DNA of 54,299 bases, the filler included, from Sluysia triapertura (Eukaryota), in assembly GCA_046118255.1 (NCBI GenBank). It is 4 parts of 4 records of this genome, joined end to end, with 100 filler letters (N's around TTAATTAATTAA, not from the genome) between each part and the next. Parts side by side here need not be neighbours in the genome. Positions count along the whole stretch, not along the records: positions 12,768 to 24,701 come from JBJNIA010154936.1; positions 24,802 to 41,155 come from JBJNIA010205925.1; 2 more parts are not named here. One strand, written 5' to 3'. The notes under the pieces were generated by a model. It saw nothing but the letters and a program-made list of their open reading frames with translations, ran no database searches and had not been told where the DNA came from. The position numbers and the translations under genes are program-made. Numbering within the stretch: position 1 is the stretch's first letter; the number at the start of each line of letters is the position of its first letter. Positions 12,837 to 24,862 of the stretch are shown one piece after another.

Positions 12837-14734
12837 TCAAAATGAAGTAAGTTAATGAAACTTTAAAATTTGTTTGTTTGTCAGTACAATGATACTTATT
12901 CGCTTTAAAATTATTCGTAAACTTTATAAAACTCAAATGATTTTTTATTCTTAAAATATTCATGATATGGTTGTCGGTAGAGATGAAAGTGCTAGGTTTT
13001 AATTTATTAATTGAATCTTAATTCGTTTGAAATCTATTTTTAGATTACAATTAGACAAAATAAATGTAAAATTATCATAAAATTAGCATAATAATCTCTA
13101 TAATTTTATTAATTTTAATATTAATATTTTAAACAACTATTTTAAATAATATTTCATTTCAATTTTAACGAGTTAATAATATAATATATTTCAGGCCATT
13201 ACTCTTTATTACTAATCAAATCTTTAATAATGAATTCCGATTAAAAACCAAAAATTCTACTAACATTGCACGTGAAAACTACATTAACTTCTGCGCGTTT
13301 TTACAATTAATACTATCGCTTTATATAGTATTTTTTATTGATCTTATACTATGTTCAATAATTTTTACAATCTTATAATTTTTTTGTAATTTTTCTTAAT
13401 AATTTTTCCACAGTATCTCTCAGCCAATTTTACTCTATAAATTTAAATTTATAAATTTATTCATATTTTATATATTTTTGTAACATGTGAATCTCTTCCA
13501 CACAATAGTTAATTTCATTAAATATTATAACTGGCCTACAATTGTACAATTTTATTAAAATAGAGTTTAAAAAACGAAGACGAACAAATGAATTTATTTT
13601 CTGTATACCAATATTATAGAAAATGAATTAACCCATTAGCACCATTGTTGTCAAATGACGAGTTTACTGTTTATATTTTTTACTTATTGCAATATGTTTT
13701 CCATATTGAAATTTCATAGCACAATCATTGCATTGGTATGTGTTGGGTACACAAAAAACGTTTTTATAAGATTTGAGCTTGTATGTAAGTTGATAGACCA
13801 AGATAACTAAATGCATGTCATGATTTTTAAATTTTGAAACAAAATCTGGTCCTTAATGGTTTAATATATAGTTTGGCCATATTATCACGATAATACATTC
13901 CTTTAAATTATTTATATGAAATTGGCTATTTAATAGGGAAGTTTTAATTTATTGGCAAATATTATATAAGTAGAAACGACTGTTTAAAGTATACTAGTTA
14001 TAAACAGATTAGAAACGAAATCAAAATTAATTATCCTACCTAAATTCTTATGACATTCACGATAATTTAAGTAATTATAAATATTACAATCCTAATAAAT
14101 TTTAGAATGCACAGATAAATAAGGTACTTAAAGTAAAGTACTAACAATAGCACTCTTAACAATAGTAATATTTTGGAAAACCAAATTTAATAACCAAATA
14201 TTACATTTAAAACTTTAATATACAGTTTTTATTTTGTAATATAAACTATTTCTATTTACACTAATGGAGTCCATCTTCAGGGATAAACATTTCCTCATTT
14301 TTCTTCAAATAGTATCCAATTTTGATATGGAATCAACTCTAGCTGCTTCTTCCAGCTCCTGATCAATTTCTTTCTCATTAGTCTTCTTTAAAAGCAGGAA
14401 CTATATGACACTGCGAAATTCAATTATAGCTTATGTTTTTTAAACTTGATTCACAATATAAATTCACCTGATTACTTAAAGCAAAATTATATCACTACAA
14501 CACGTGTACCATTGTTGCTTTGATCATAAAATTTGGTTCTGCATCTTTTGTTTTCAGTGTGCTTAATTAATTTTGAGCCTCATTAAGCTTAGTAAACTTG
14601 AAAATAAGTATTCTGATAAATCCTAAAGTAATTCAATATTTATGTTTAACAACGCAAAGTCATTTCTTAAATGATTAAATTTATAATTTGAGTGAATTTA
14701 AGTGAAAATTTATTACATGAACTTTATTATTTAG

Positions 14735-15304
14735 GTGAACCAAGTCCTTACGCTGTCTATCAACCAGAAAATGATCCAAAAAGTTCACATTTGGCAAATT
14801 ATAACTATACTGAAAATAATTATAGTAAAGACTATCATTACCCAAAACCGAAAGATTATGATCACCAAAATATTGTTCACCTTTGGCGATCGAATTCTGC
14901 CGAATGTTTGTCAAGTAACGCTTCGGTTTCTGGCATAGGTGATTTGGAATCACCATGAATATCGAACCTTATGGAATTCATAACTCAAGAAATGAACGTT
15001 ATTCAGGAGAAATTATACCAACTTATGACCGCCAATTTCATACTTTAAAAACCAGCAAAAATCGAGAACCTACCGTGTCATACAGAGAACATAATGGTGA
15101 ACAATATGATGATTATAATAGATCTAATAGATCTAGAAATCCTGAATTATACACACAAAGAAGTGTAATTCAACCCCAAAATCGAAAACCAGGTTTTGTT
15201 ACCCAACATTCAATGCCTGAACGTAAAGATCTTTACCAAGTGCCATACAGTCAGTATCCTATAACTAATAGATCTGAATCTGGAACAGCATTTATGCTGT
15301 CGAA
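14735..15304 (+). CDS. Exon of uncharacterised S/N/Y/R-rich protein, with frame break at 14955-14958
   Basis: TTTTAG acceptor; GEPSPYAVY...DLESP then overlapping ATGA into MNIEPYG...AFMLS; AA|GTTAGT donor (phase 2). Confidence 0.6.
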
Positions 15305-16071
15305 GTTAGTAACATTTTGTTTTACAAGAAATTATTTTTCTCACAAAATATTGAATTTAGTTTTGTATTTAAATAATTAATACATTTATGACGTTACATT
15401 AAAAATATTGAGTTTTGTATTATTTGTATGAATTTTGTATAGCTCTTATTAATGTTTTAAAGTTTTCATTTGAACAATTTTTACTTTTAAGTCGTAGAAC
15501 CACATTTTCAATCACATAATTAACATATTTAGATTTTTACTTGAGGAAAGATTAAATGTACATGTTTACTACACGTTCAGATTTTAAACAAAATATAAAA
15601 AATTAAACTATATAAAAATTTCAATAGTCCTCATAGTTTATTGTATTATGATGGTCAATTTCTTTATAATAAAATACCTTAGTTATAGTATTGTTTATAG
15701 GTTTCTATCTGTACATCTTGTTTGTACTTCTATTTTAGTAACACACGGTTTTTGTAAGTGTCTCATTTCTTTTTTATTAATACTTATAATTTTTTCTATA
15801 TTTCGACATTGCCATGTCTTGATCTGAATTTCTAAATCTTATTTAAATTAAATTTATTTCATCATTCTCTAGACATTAATTTAAATGTCCTTAAATGTTA
15901 ATTTAAGTTGTTGATTAAGTGCTCATTGATTTTTATTATTGTAAAGTGAGTGCAACGTATTATATTATAATTTTACAAAATTTGATTTTAAAATTGTTAT
16001 ATCACAAGATATTTAAAAATTTAATTTATGATTTTAAAGAATTTCTTAGAGTAATAATAATAATAATTTAG

Positions 16072-16254
16072 TGCCATGCAAGGCAGTCAGTATAATAATT
16101 TCTGCAGTGGAAGCACTGTGGTTCATCAAACAAGTAATTATGGCTCGAGGAAAAATTCTTCAACCAGAATTAAACAAAATAGTACAAGTTCTAGAAATTC
16201 TCGAAATGCTTCATACGGTCATGTACCAAATACCTCTAATTACTATGAAACCAG
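16072..16254 (+). CDS. Internal exon of the same gene
   Basis: TTTAG|T completes AAT (phase 2); AMQGSQYNNFCSG...NYYET; AG|GTTTGG donor (phase 2). Confidence 0.65.
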
Positions 16255-16776
16255 GTTTGGTTGAGTTTTATATTGTAATAAAATTGAAATAGTTTTCATT
16301 AATATTTTTTTGAAATAAGCATACATTTATAACAAAGTTAATATTCTTGCTTGTATCAAAAAGTACAACAAAAAGTAGTTATATTTTCAAGACTTGTTTA
16401 TTATAAAAATTAATTTAATTTAATATACTTCTTTGTCATATTCATGCTCAATGTGTCCGAAAAGTAGTGGCATTAACAAAATATATTTTACAATAAATAA
16501 TATGTTTCTATTTTTCAATAAAGTTTACACGTAAAGCTACATAATTCTCATCGAAAGAATAATTTATTCAAAATCAACTAAATTTATCCTCATAAGTATT
16601 TTTAAATGCCTGAATAAATATATAATACAAAAGAGCAAAATCTGAAAGGTAGGTAAAATGATGTCCGTTTTTACCAAATTACTTATTTAGCAGTTAGTAT
16701 CAACATTTATTGAGCTTGGTAACACTTTATTTTATTTTCAATTAAAGATTCCAAAGTGTTATATCGTACAATACGA

Positions 16777-16900
16777 TTGAGGTGGTTCAACCTTTTATTT
16801 AAAATTTATGAACATACAAAATCAACAAGCATCACTCATTACATTAATACCAACACAAACAAATTTCACAAACCTTCAAAACAACTAAATACTTTAACAT
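16777..16900 (+). repeat. G-depleted leader family copy (homologous to 10274-10400)
   Basis: See 10274; the C/A-rich, G-poor composition continues to ~17120. Confidence 0.65.
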
Positions 16901-19900
16901 ATAAAATCCATAAACTTTAAAGTAACACTTGAGTAATAAAATAAAATGACAATGCAATTTCTTAACTTTCGATCATAATATTTGTATTCTTATTATCAAC
17001 AAAAAATTCAAAAATAGATAATTAAGTCCAAATTCTTCGTCAATTCATGTTCAAACAAATTCCAAACACATTTCGAATGATCAGAATAATTCCTAATTTT
17101 CTCCGAATGCCACATTCCAACCATGGAAAAACTCCGTACAATGATTAATGAAGAAATAAGCCTTTATTACAACTTATTTTCTCATTTGAATCCTGCTAAA
17201 GAAACTGAAAACCCGAAATATAAAAAAGGAATTTATAAAATACAACAATAAAATTACTGACAGAAACGTCTGCCATAAAGATAATACCTATTTCAACGAA
17301 TGAAGCATAAAAAACAGCTGAAGAATTTTTCAAAAAATAGAAACTGAGACACAATAATTATCATCGAAAGTTCTGTTCTAAATCAAGCATTAATTAAGTT
17401 ATCCTACATAGACTACAGACTTGTTTTATTTGAACACGTTTGATTATGATAGTGAAAATAGTGAGTCTTCACTTTAGTTGCTTATGAAAAGTTACAAGCA
17501 AAAGATTCGATATTTAAACTTACAGAGAGTTAATTATATTAAAGGTAAAGAAACTTTCGAAGAAACTATTGAAAATTTACAAGTTTAATTACAAGAAAAG
17601 TCATTAGAAAAGCCACACTAAAACTGTAAAACAGACCAAAAAGAAAATATAAATTATGATTCTAGGTTTAGATTCTAAAGTATTGATATAGAAAGTGTTA
17701 AGATGAGGATAATTAGAAAATATAATAGTACCAATTAAAAGTATAATAATACCAATAATGATATTAATAATAATATTATTAAAAGCAAATTAATTTCAAT
17801 TATATGCCAATATGGCTGAGTCGATAAATAATCAACATAATATTAATGATGTGGTAATTAATAGTTACGTCAATGATAATTATTACATCATTATTTGTTA
17901 AAAAATTTTGTTGATGTATTCGGCTAAATCTGAAATAATGAAATTGTACTTGACTAAATAGATAAGAGTGAATAATTGCACATAAAAGTAGAATGTGAAA
18001 ATGAAGGTTTACAGGAGTGTGTGCAGTTTGTGGAAATGTTGTATTGAATAAGTTGAAAATGTGGCGGTCAGAAAATAAAAATTAAAAAATTAGAAATTGT
18101 CAGATAAAAAAAGTTACAGTTTATGAATACGGAAAATAAAGTTGGCCAAAGATTAAAAACAAATTTAGTATAATTCGTACAGAATTCGTAAAGCGTTTCT
18201 CGTTTGGCATAGTGAATTGAATATAGCATGCAGAGCATTCTTCAACTGACGATTATTAATGCATAATAAATACGACATCTCTGAAAACTAATATATCAAA
18301 TACCACTCGTTTATCGCTATACGTACGGATTCAATTATGGTCGCTAAATAAGAAGCCGCACTTAAATGATAGATTTTCTATCATGATAGCACCAACGTAT
18401 ACTTACGAACCGTATCCAAAACCAGTCTCACTCGACCTAACATCAAATCAAGGAATGATTGTCCTTCATTCTTATGTAAATAATCGTTGAGCAGTTATGT
18501 TAGAAACTGAAGATCAACACGCGTACGATTTTGATTGTAAAGTTCTAAAGAAGCGTGAATTATTTGGTTTAATTTATGATTTGTATTCAGTACATACATC
18601 TTCCATAAGATTATGCATTTTGAAAAGTCATTTGTATGTCAGTCATGGTGCAAACACCCAAATTCCAAAATTATAACCTAAGCTTTATAAACTAACTGGT
18701 GAAAACTGAAAATAAAGTGGGTCACTTGTAATCAACATCTGATGTTTATGCTATATTTTAGTAACCGTGAACGGGAAATAACCATAAACTTAAATTTTGT
18801 GATGAAACTTGTCTAGCTCTGATCGAATCTATGTGTACCAGTGTCGCAAAAGTTGATACATATTTATCTACATATTAAAATCGTGATGTACAACGAGATT
18901 GAGTATGTTTTCTTTATTCTTATATGTAATAAATCGATATTGTATAAACATCTAACGTCTCGTTTTTTGAGTACTTTTTCCATGAAATAAAATGAAGAAT
19001 AATTTTAATAATGATTTTTGTCTCAATAATTGTAAATATAACTTTTGTATAAATTTTCATAATAAATTATTAAATATAAATAAATTATTGAATAAAATTA
19101 TATACAGTATAAAACTAAGACTATGCACTGTTATTTTTAAAAATCGAACAATAAAATCATCAATGTATTATACAAGATTAAATGTTATAATATAACATTA
19201 TGTACTGTGGATTATTACAGACATTTTGACCTTTATTTGAACTTACCATTTAACAAAATGAATGCATGTAGTCTTGATACCATCAGTCTTAAGCCTCATT
19301 CTTTCGAAACATTCATACTTAATTTTACATTGCATCCCAACCAGTTTTATATTGTCTACACTTGTTCTTCATCCATCCAGAGTCAAACATTGACAAATTA
19401 AAATCTTTTTACAATATAAATTCAATACGAACCTAACATTATAACGGTATCAGTGATAAAAGTATTAATTAATTTTACCTTTCTTAGAAACTATTTGTTT
19501 ACATGTCACTTCTATTAAATATCATATCAACATCTAAAGTACGAATTATGAACTTTACTTTCTAGTCAATAAATCTGTTAAACCATATTATGAGAAAATG
19601 CTTTTATTAATATTTATTTCTCTGATAGTTTACTTTCGCTCAGTTTATACCTAGTTTTAAGCTTTGAGTTATTTTACTTGAAAATTATCGAATTGTTATA
19701 ATATGTCCTGCATTCATTGTAATAACTATAAATGGTTGATATATTTCATGTATACAACTTTAATACAAGTATTGATTTATTCTTGCAATACTTCCTTAAA
19801 TACCAAAGTCACACTATTATGTGTCGATATTTTTATATATTTGATTACATTTTCAAAAAAATAAATATTAATATTATAACAAACGTTGAATTGGTCCTTA

Positions 19901-19975
19901 AACGCAGTGAAATTTGAAATATTGCAAGACACCACTTTTTGGATGAACCACACTAAATGCTATTTTTATTGTGCG

Positions 19976-19976
<1 letters not shown>

Positions 19977-20040
<64 letters not shown>
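19977..20040. repeat. (AAT)n microsatellite
   Basis: Perfect run. Confidence 0.97.
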
Positions 20041-20042
<2 letters not shown>

Positions 20043-20949
20043 TAGTAATCTATATGAAAATATTCATAATATTCTCACATCATTACAACTTATGTTTGAA
20101 TTTTGTTTGATGTAGATAATTTTTCTATTTAATTGATAGTTATGAACATTTCAAATATTTAATTTTTTGATATGTACCTGGTTAATTACATTTTCTAATA
20201 GTTACAAATTTACCTTTGTTAAATTTATTTTCTTATTGCGTATTGATATTTTTGCATTTACTTTACAAATTTCCATTACACATGCAGCTGCAACATTTAT
20301 AATAGACTTATGGTGTCTTGTGTAGTATTAGTCACACATTTTAAATGTAGTAGTAGCAGTAAAATCCACATTGAACTGGTAGGACATCCATGTACACTTT
20401 TCTTTACGTTTTTTTTGAAAATTCAATGCACGGTGGCAAAGACGTCGACCAATCATTCATTTGAAGTCACGCTCAAATAAAAATTCATATCCCAAGAAAA
20501 ATTACATTTATATATTTTACTTCCATCTAACAAAGAATAATATTGATAGGCACGAAGAAATAAAAACAAAATTGCTTTGCAATCATTAATATTTTTACTT
20601 TTCTGAGTAAGAATTGAATAATATTTTTGTGTAAAAAATCCTATAACTGGGCACTTTAATTTGAAATATCGCTTCATACGGTAATAATTATACAATTAGT
20701 TTACTTTTTGCTTCATAAATGTGAATAATTCTTTTCTAGTCACAGTGACTCAATCAGGACTAAAAAACTAAAACATATCACTATCATATTGAATGGAACA
20801 AGAATTATTCTTCATTATGGTTCAAAATACGTGTCTCATTTGTAATTAACCTCTCGCCTACCGCGTGATATGTAATGCATACATCCGATGGATTCTAACA
20901 ACAATATTTTAATGTCACGCAATATTATTAAGCATCGGACGGTGGATAA

Positions 20950-22195
20950 AAATCTGGAATTTGATGAATCTATAGATACTGCACAATTATATATCTTTAT
21001 TCAAATGGTTTTCGAAAATATTTCAGTCACAGAAGAGCTATTGACTATTCTTCCAATTAAAGCTCAAACAAGAGGTCAAGATATTTACAATTTATTTAAA
21101 TCTTTTATAAGTCATACCAATTGCGACGGATGGAACTCCTTGTTGGATTTATTGCACTTTGCAAAAATGATGAAGAAATCCAAGTTTTAGTTCGTATCAT
21201 TTCATTATCCTCAAAGGTATTGAATTCTAACCATGTGATAAATATTGCGTTTAAAACAGTTAATTTCATCCGTGGAATAAGCTTAAAGCGACGCCAGTTT
21301 TGAACTTTAGTATAACAATGTGAAATTGAAAATAGTGAACCATTATTTCATACGGATGCAAGATAGGTAAGTTGTACAAAGTTTTAAAATCGATTAAGGG
21401 ATCTTTCACCTGAAATAAAAGAATTCTTGGTTATAAAAAAATCACCTACTGGCTACTTGCTTTTCTTTGTGGTAAGTTAAATTTACAATTTCAGGGAAAC
21501 ATAGTCCATATATACACGATAATGACAGTGAAAAATAGTCCATGTTTGTTAGTCAACACAGGTTAATTTGAAACATTTCAAAAATATGTAAGAACAAACT
21601 AAACATGCTTACGATTAAAATGCCAATCATGTTATTTTTCTAAAATTGAAAAAATTGAGACCTTCATGTCATTCCCATTTAATAGTTCTATCAATATAGA
21701 AGATATCGCTGTCAAAATTAATGAATTTCTCTATTCCAACGCAGCATGCCTCGAAGACGAGATAATAACATTAAAAAGCGATATATTCATTAAATCAAGA
21801 GCCATAACTCACGTATGTTTTGGAATCTGTTTTCACAAGAAAAATATCCAAATTTGAAAATGGCATGATATCTATCTGTATTTTGGGATCGACCCAATCA
21901 GCCTTCTCAATGAATACAATTGAGACAAAACGTCGACCTCGTTTAACAGATGATCATTTAGCATCATGCTTGCGAACTTCCAGAAGATCTTATGAGCCAG
22001 AATATGGAGAACTTGATGTTAAGTTGCACATAGCAATTAGAATTTTTAATTTCATTTATGCTTTATGTTAATTTCAATTTTTGTGGTTTTAAATAAAATA
22101 AATATATTACATTTAAAAGCACTTTTCATATTTAAATCGCAAGGATTGATTTAGTCAAAAGTCGCCAACGAGACATGAAGGTTATGCCATCCCTG
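20950..22195 (+). mobile_element. Decayed Buster/SPIN-type hAT transposon (GTF2IRD2/EPM2AIP1-like transposase) with right terminus
   Basis: Fragments FDESIDTAQLYIFIQMVF..EELLTILP..QTRGQDI, KTVNFIR..LKRRQF, LFHTDAR*, LGST..SAFSMN..KRRPRLTDDHLASCLR. Terminus aaggttatgccatccCTG followed by atcTAatg (NNNTANNN). Many stops and deletions; lies in an intron of the 14735-22894 gene. Confidence 0.92.
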
Positions 22196-22776
22196 ATCTA
22201 ATGGAACATACATAACCCACTAGGCACGAAGGAGTTAAGCAACTTTCATGAGAATGCTTAAATATTTTTGTGAAATATTAATAATAATAGATGTATCATT
22301 ATACATTTGTCAGGCTTTTTGAAATACAAAATTAGACGTATTAGATTTTTTAGCAGAACAATGGTCAACTCTAGTGAAAAAATAAATAATAATTTGGTAT
22401 TATTTAAATTTGTTTTTTAAACTTAAGAAAAATAAATGATACAAAATAAAAAAATTAAAACTCCATTTAGCTCATAAGGCGTTGCTTTACTCGTGGAAAC
22501 AAACTTTATAGAAAGGAAACCATATTATCTATTTATTATCCAGGTCTAGTTGCACTAATACAATGTGATTATCATATATTATACGAAAAATCTACTCAAA
22601 ATTACTTTTCTAAAAAAATTAATTTCTCTATACTTGAATTCCATTTATTTTTACTAAAATGTGCAACATTTTATATTGAAAGTAAATATAATTCATAATT
22701 TATGTAAAGTAATATTAGTTATTCAAAAGTATGAATCATTTTTAAATTTATTGATGCACTTTTATTGTATTTTCAG

Positions 22777-22894
22777 AAATGTTGAACCACACGCTAAAAT
22801 AAGTGGAGCCCGACATGGTGGTTCTCGTAATAATACAACTTCCGGTGATTCCCACGATGAAAGCATACATACCGCTCGAGTTGTAGTTGTATAA
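22777..22894 (+). CDS. Terminal exon of the same gene
   Basis: TTTTCAG|A completes AGA (phase 2); NVEPHAKISGARHGGSRNNTTSGDSHDESIHTARVVVV*. The C-terminus could be a PDZ-binding tail (inference). Confidence 0.65.
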
Positions 22895-24667
22895 ATAATG
22901 ATATGCAATATCTTTATTTGTAATTATAATATCTATTGTCCTCTTATTTTGTGCCTCCTTTTATATATCTACATAAATAATACTAATTTCTTGAAAACTA
23001 CTGTATTATGTCATTTATATTTATAGGTTTGTGTTTTGAAACATTTCTTTTCGATTGTATATCTGCTTGTAATAATAATAATTATAATAATAATAATTAA
23101 TATTTTTATTATTATATTTATTATATGTTATACTTAAAATCAATTGCTTTCAATTAATTATTTATTTTAAAAACCTCTAGTCTGTATGAATTGTTATATA
23201 AATCAAGATTTAATCATGATTATTTTATGTTCTCAAATCTGCTTCATTTTCAGGATTAATGTACATATATTTCATCTTGTAAATAAGTATTGTTTTAGAT
23301 AATAGATGTATTACTTTTTTGTTATAATTATTGTAGTTGGTAATTATTGTAATTATTTGTAACTTTTCAACCTTACAATTCTCATACAGGTACCTATCTG
23401 ATTTCGGTTATTTATTTTACCGAATAATGATAAGATATTATGATTTAAATAAATATTTTATCACCTAAATTTACTTAAATTATATCAGTAAAAACTATTT
23501 ACATAAATATTTCGGTTATTTATACTACTTGATTGATAATAATTTGAATAACAAACATCAGACGTAGGGTGGGTTCTTGTGGTGAAGTAATAGAAAATTA
23601 ATCATGCATGAGTCATAATAAACTTATGAACAAATTATACATAGATTTGTTTGGTTTCGGACATGTTTATATTGATTTTTAAATATTAGTGATAAATGTT
23701 AAATATTTTATATTTTAAAACATTCGAAAATAATTGAGCGTTTATTTAAGTACATTATCAATATTAAAACGTAATACCATAGATTATTTTAAAGTCATAA
23801 TTGATAATAATGTAACATAATGATCATGACATCATTTTGTCTATTGTTGATGAGCGTTCTATTTAATTTGTTTTGTATGATTTATCTATTCTAAGCGAAT
23901 ACTTGTGAATAGATTTTGAGTCAAATTAGTAACTTAGTATGCTATCGATTATGGTCAATTTATATTCAAATGAATGTGTTTCTTTTGACTTGTAATACTT
24001 TAACTTTTTTAAATCTACAATTTAGGCTATGTTTCTATATATTTTTCAATCTGTACCGATTTGGTGTACATTTTACGTGATAATACTGCATAAATAATTG
24101 TAGGCAATTTGACAAATAATCATTTTTCATATCTAATAGTGAGAAAAAGTAAAACATTGAAATTAATTATTGGTTTTGGTGATTTAATCAATGAAAAAAA
24201 TACCATTTTATTGTATGTTCATTCTATCGATTTTGCCGAATCACTTTGTTATGGTGGTAATGCAGTAATTATTAATTTTATAAATTTTACTTATATCGTA
24301 ATAAGAAAATTTCATTTCATAACAGTTATTCTTGATATTATTAATAATTACTTTATCTCTCGAATATGTTAAATGTGTTTAGGGAACTTATGGGTGGCTT
24401 AGTATATAGCTTCAATTTATTTTTAAATTGAAATTTTTTATTCGTAACCTTAAAACGTTAGATTTATTAGAAAAGTTTATATTTTTTCTTAAAGAATAAA
24501 TAACAAATAATTTAACTTTAGCCATTTTAATTATATTTTTAAGCTTAAAGCATTTACTAAATTTCATTAAATTAAGTTCAAATAACATAATTAAAACAAG
24601 TAACAATTTTTTATTAAATAATATTGTGAGGGAGAATAAATATAAAATAGATTTCTTAAAATCTATT

Positions 24668-24701
24668 GTGAGTCCACCAACGTACTGGACTTATCGGTTA
24701 G
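24668..24701 (-). other. Structured hairpin family copy 2 (truncated by gap)
   Basis: Plus strand gtgagtccaccaacgtactggacttatcggttag closely matches 52678-52711. Confidence 0.9.
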
Positions 24702-24809
24702 NNNNNNNNNNNNNNNNNNNNNNNNNNNNNNNNNNNNNNNNNNNNTTAATTAATTAANNNNNNNNNNNNNNNNNNNNNNNNNNNNNNNNNNNNNNNNNNN
24801 NGAAATGCT

Positions 24810-24862
24810 GTGAGTTCCTAATAATCTTAGACTTACTGCTAAGTTGTAAGCAGTATTTTAGA
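24810..24862 (-). other. Structured hairpin family, divergent copy 3
   Basis: gtgagttcctaataatcttagacttac keeps GTGAGT...CTTAC at the family spacing; the following tatggaag resembles the tggagg seen beside other copies. Confidence 0.45.
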
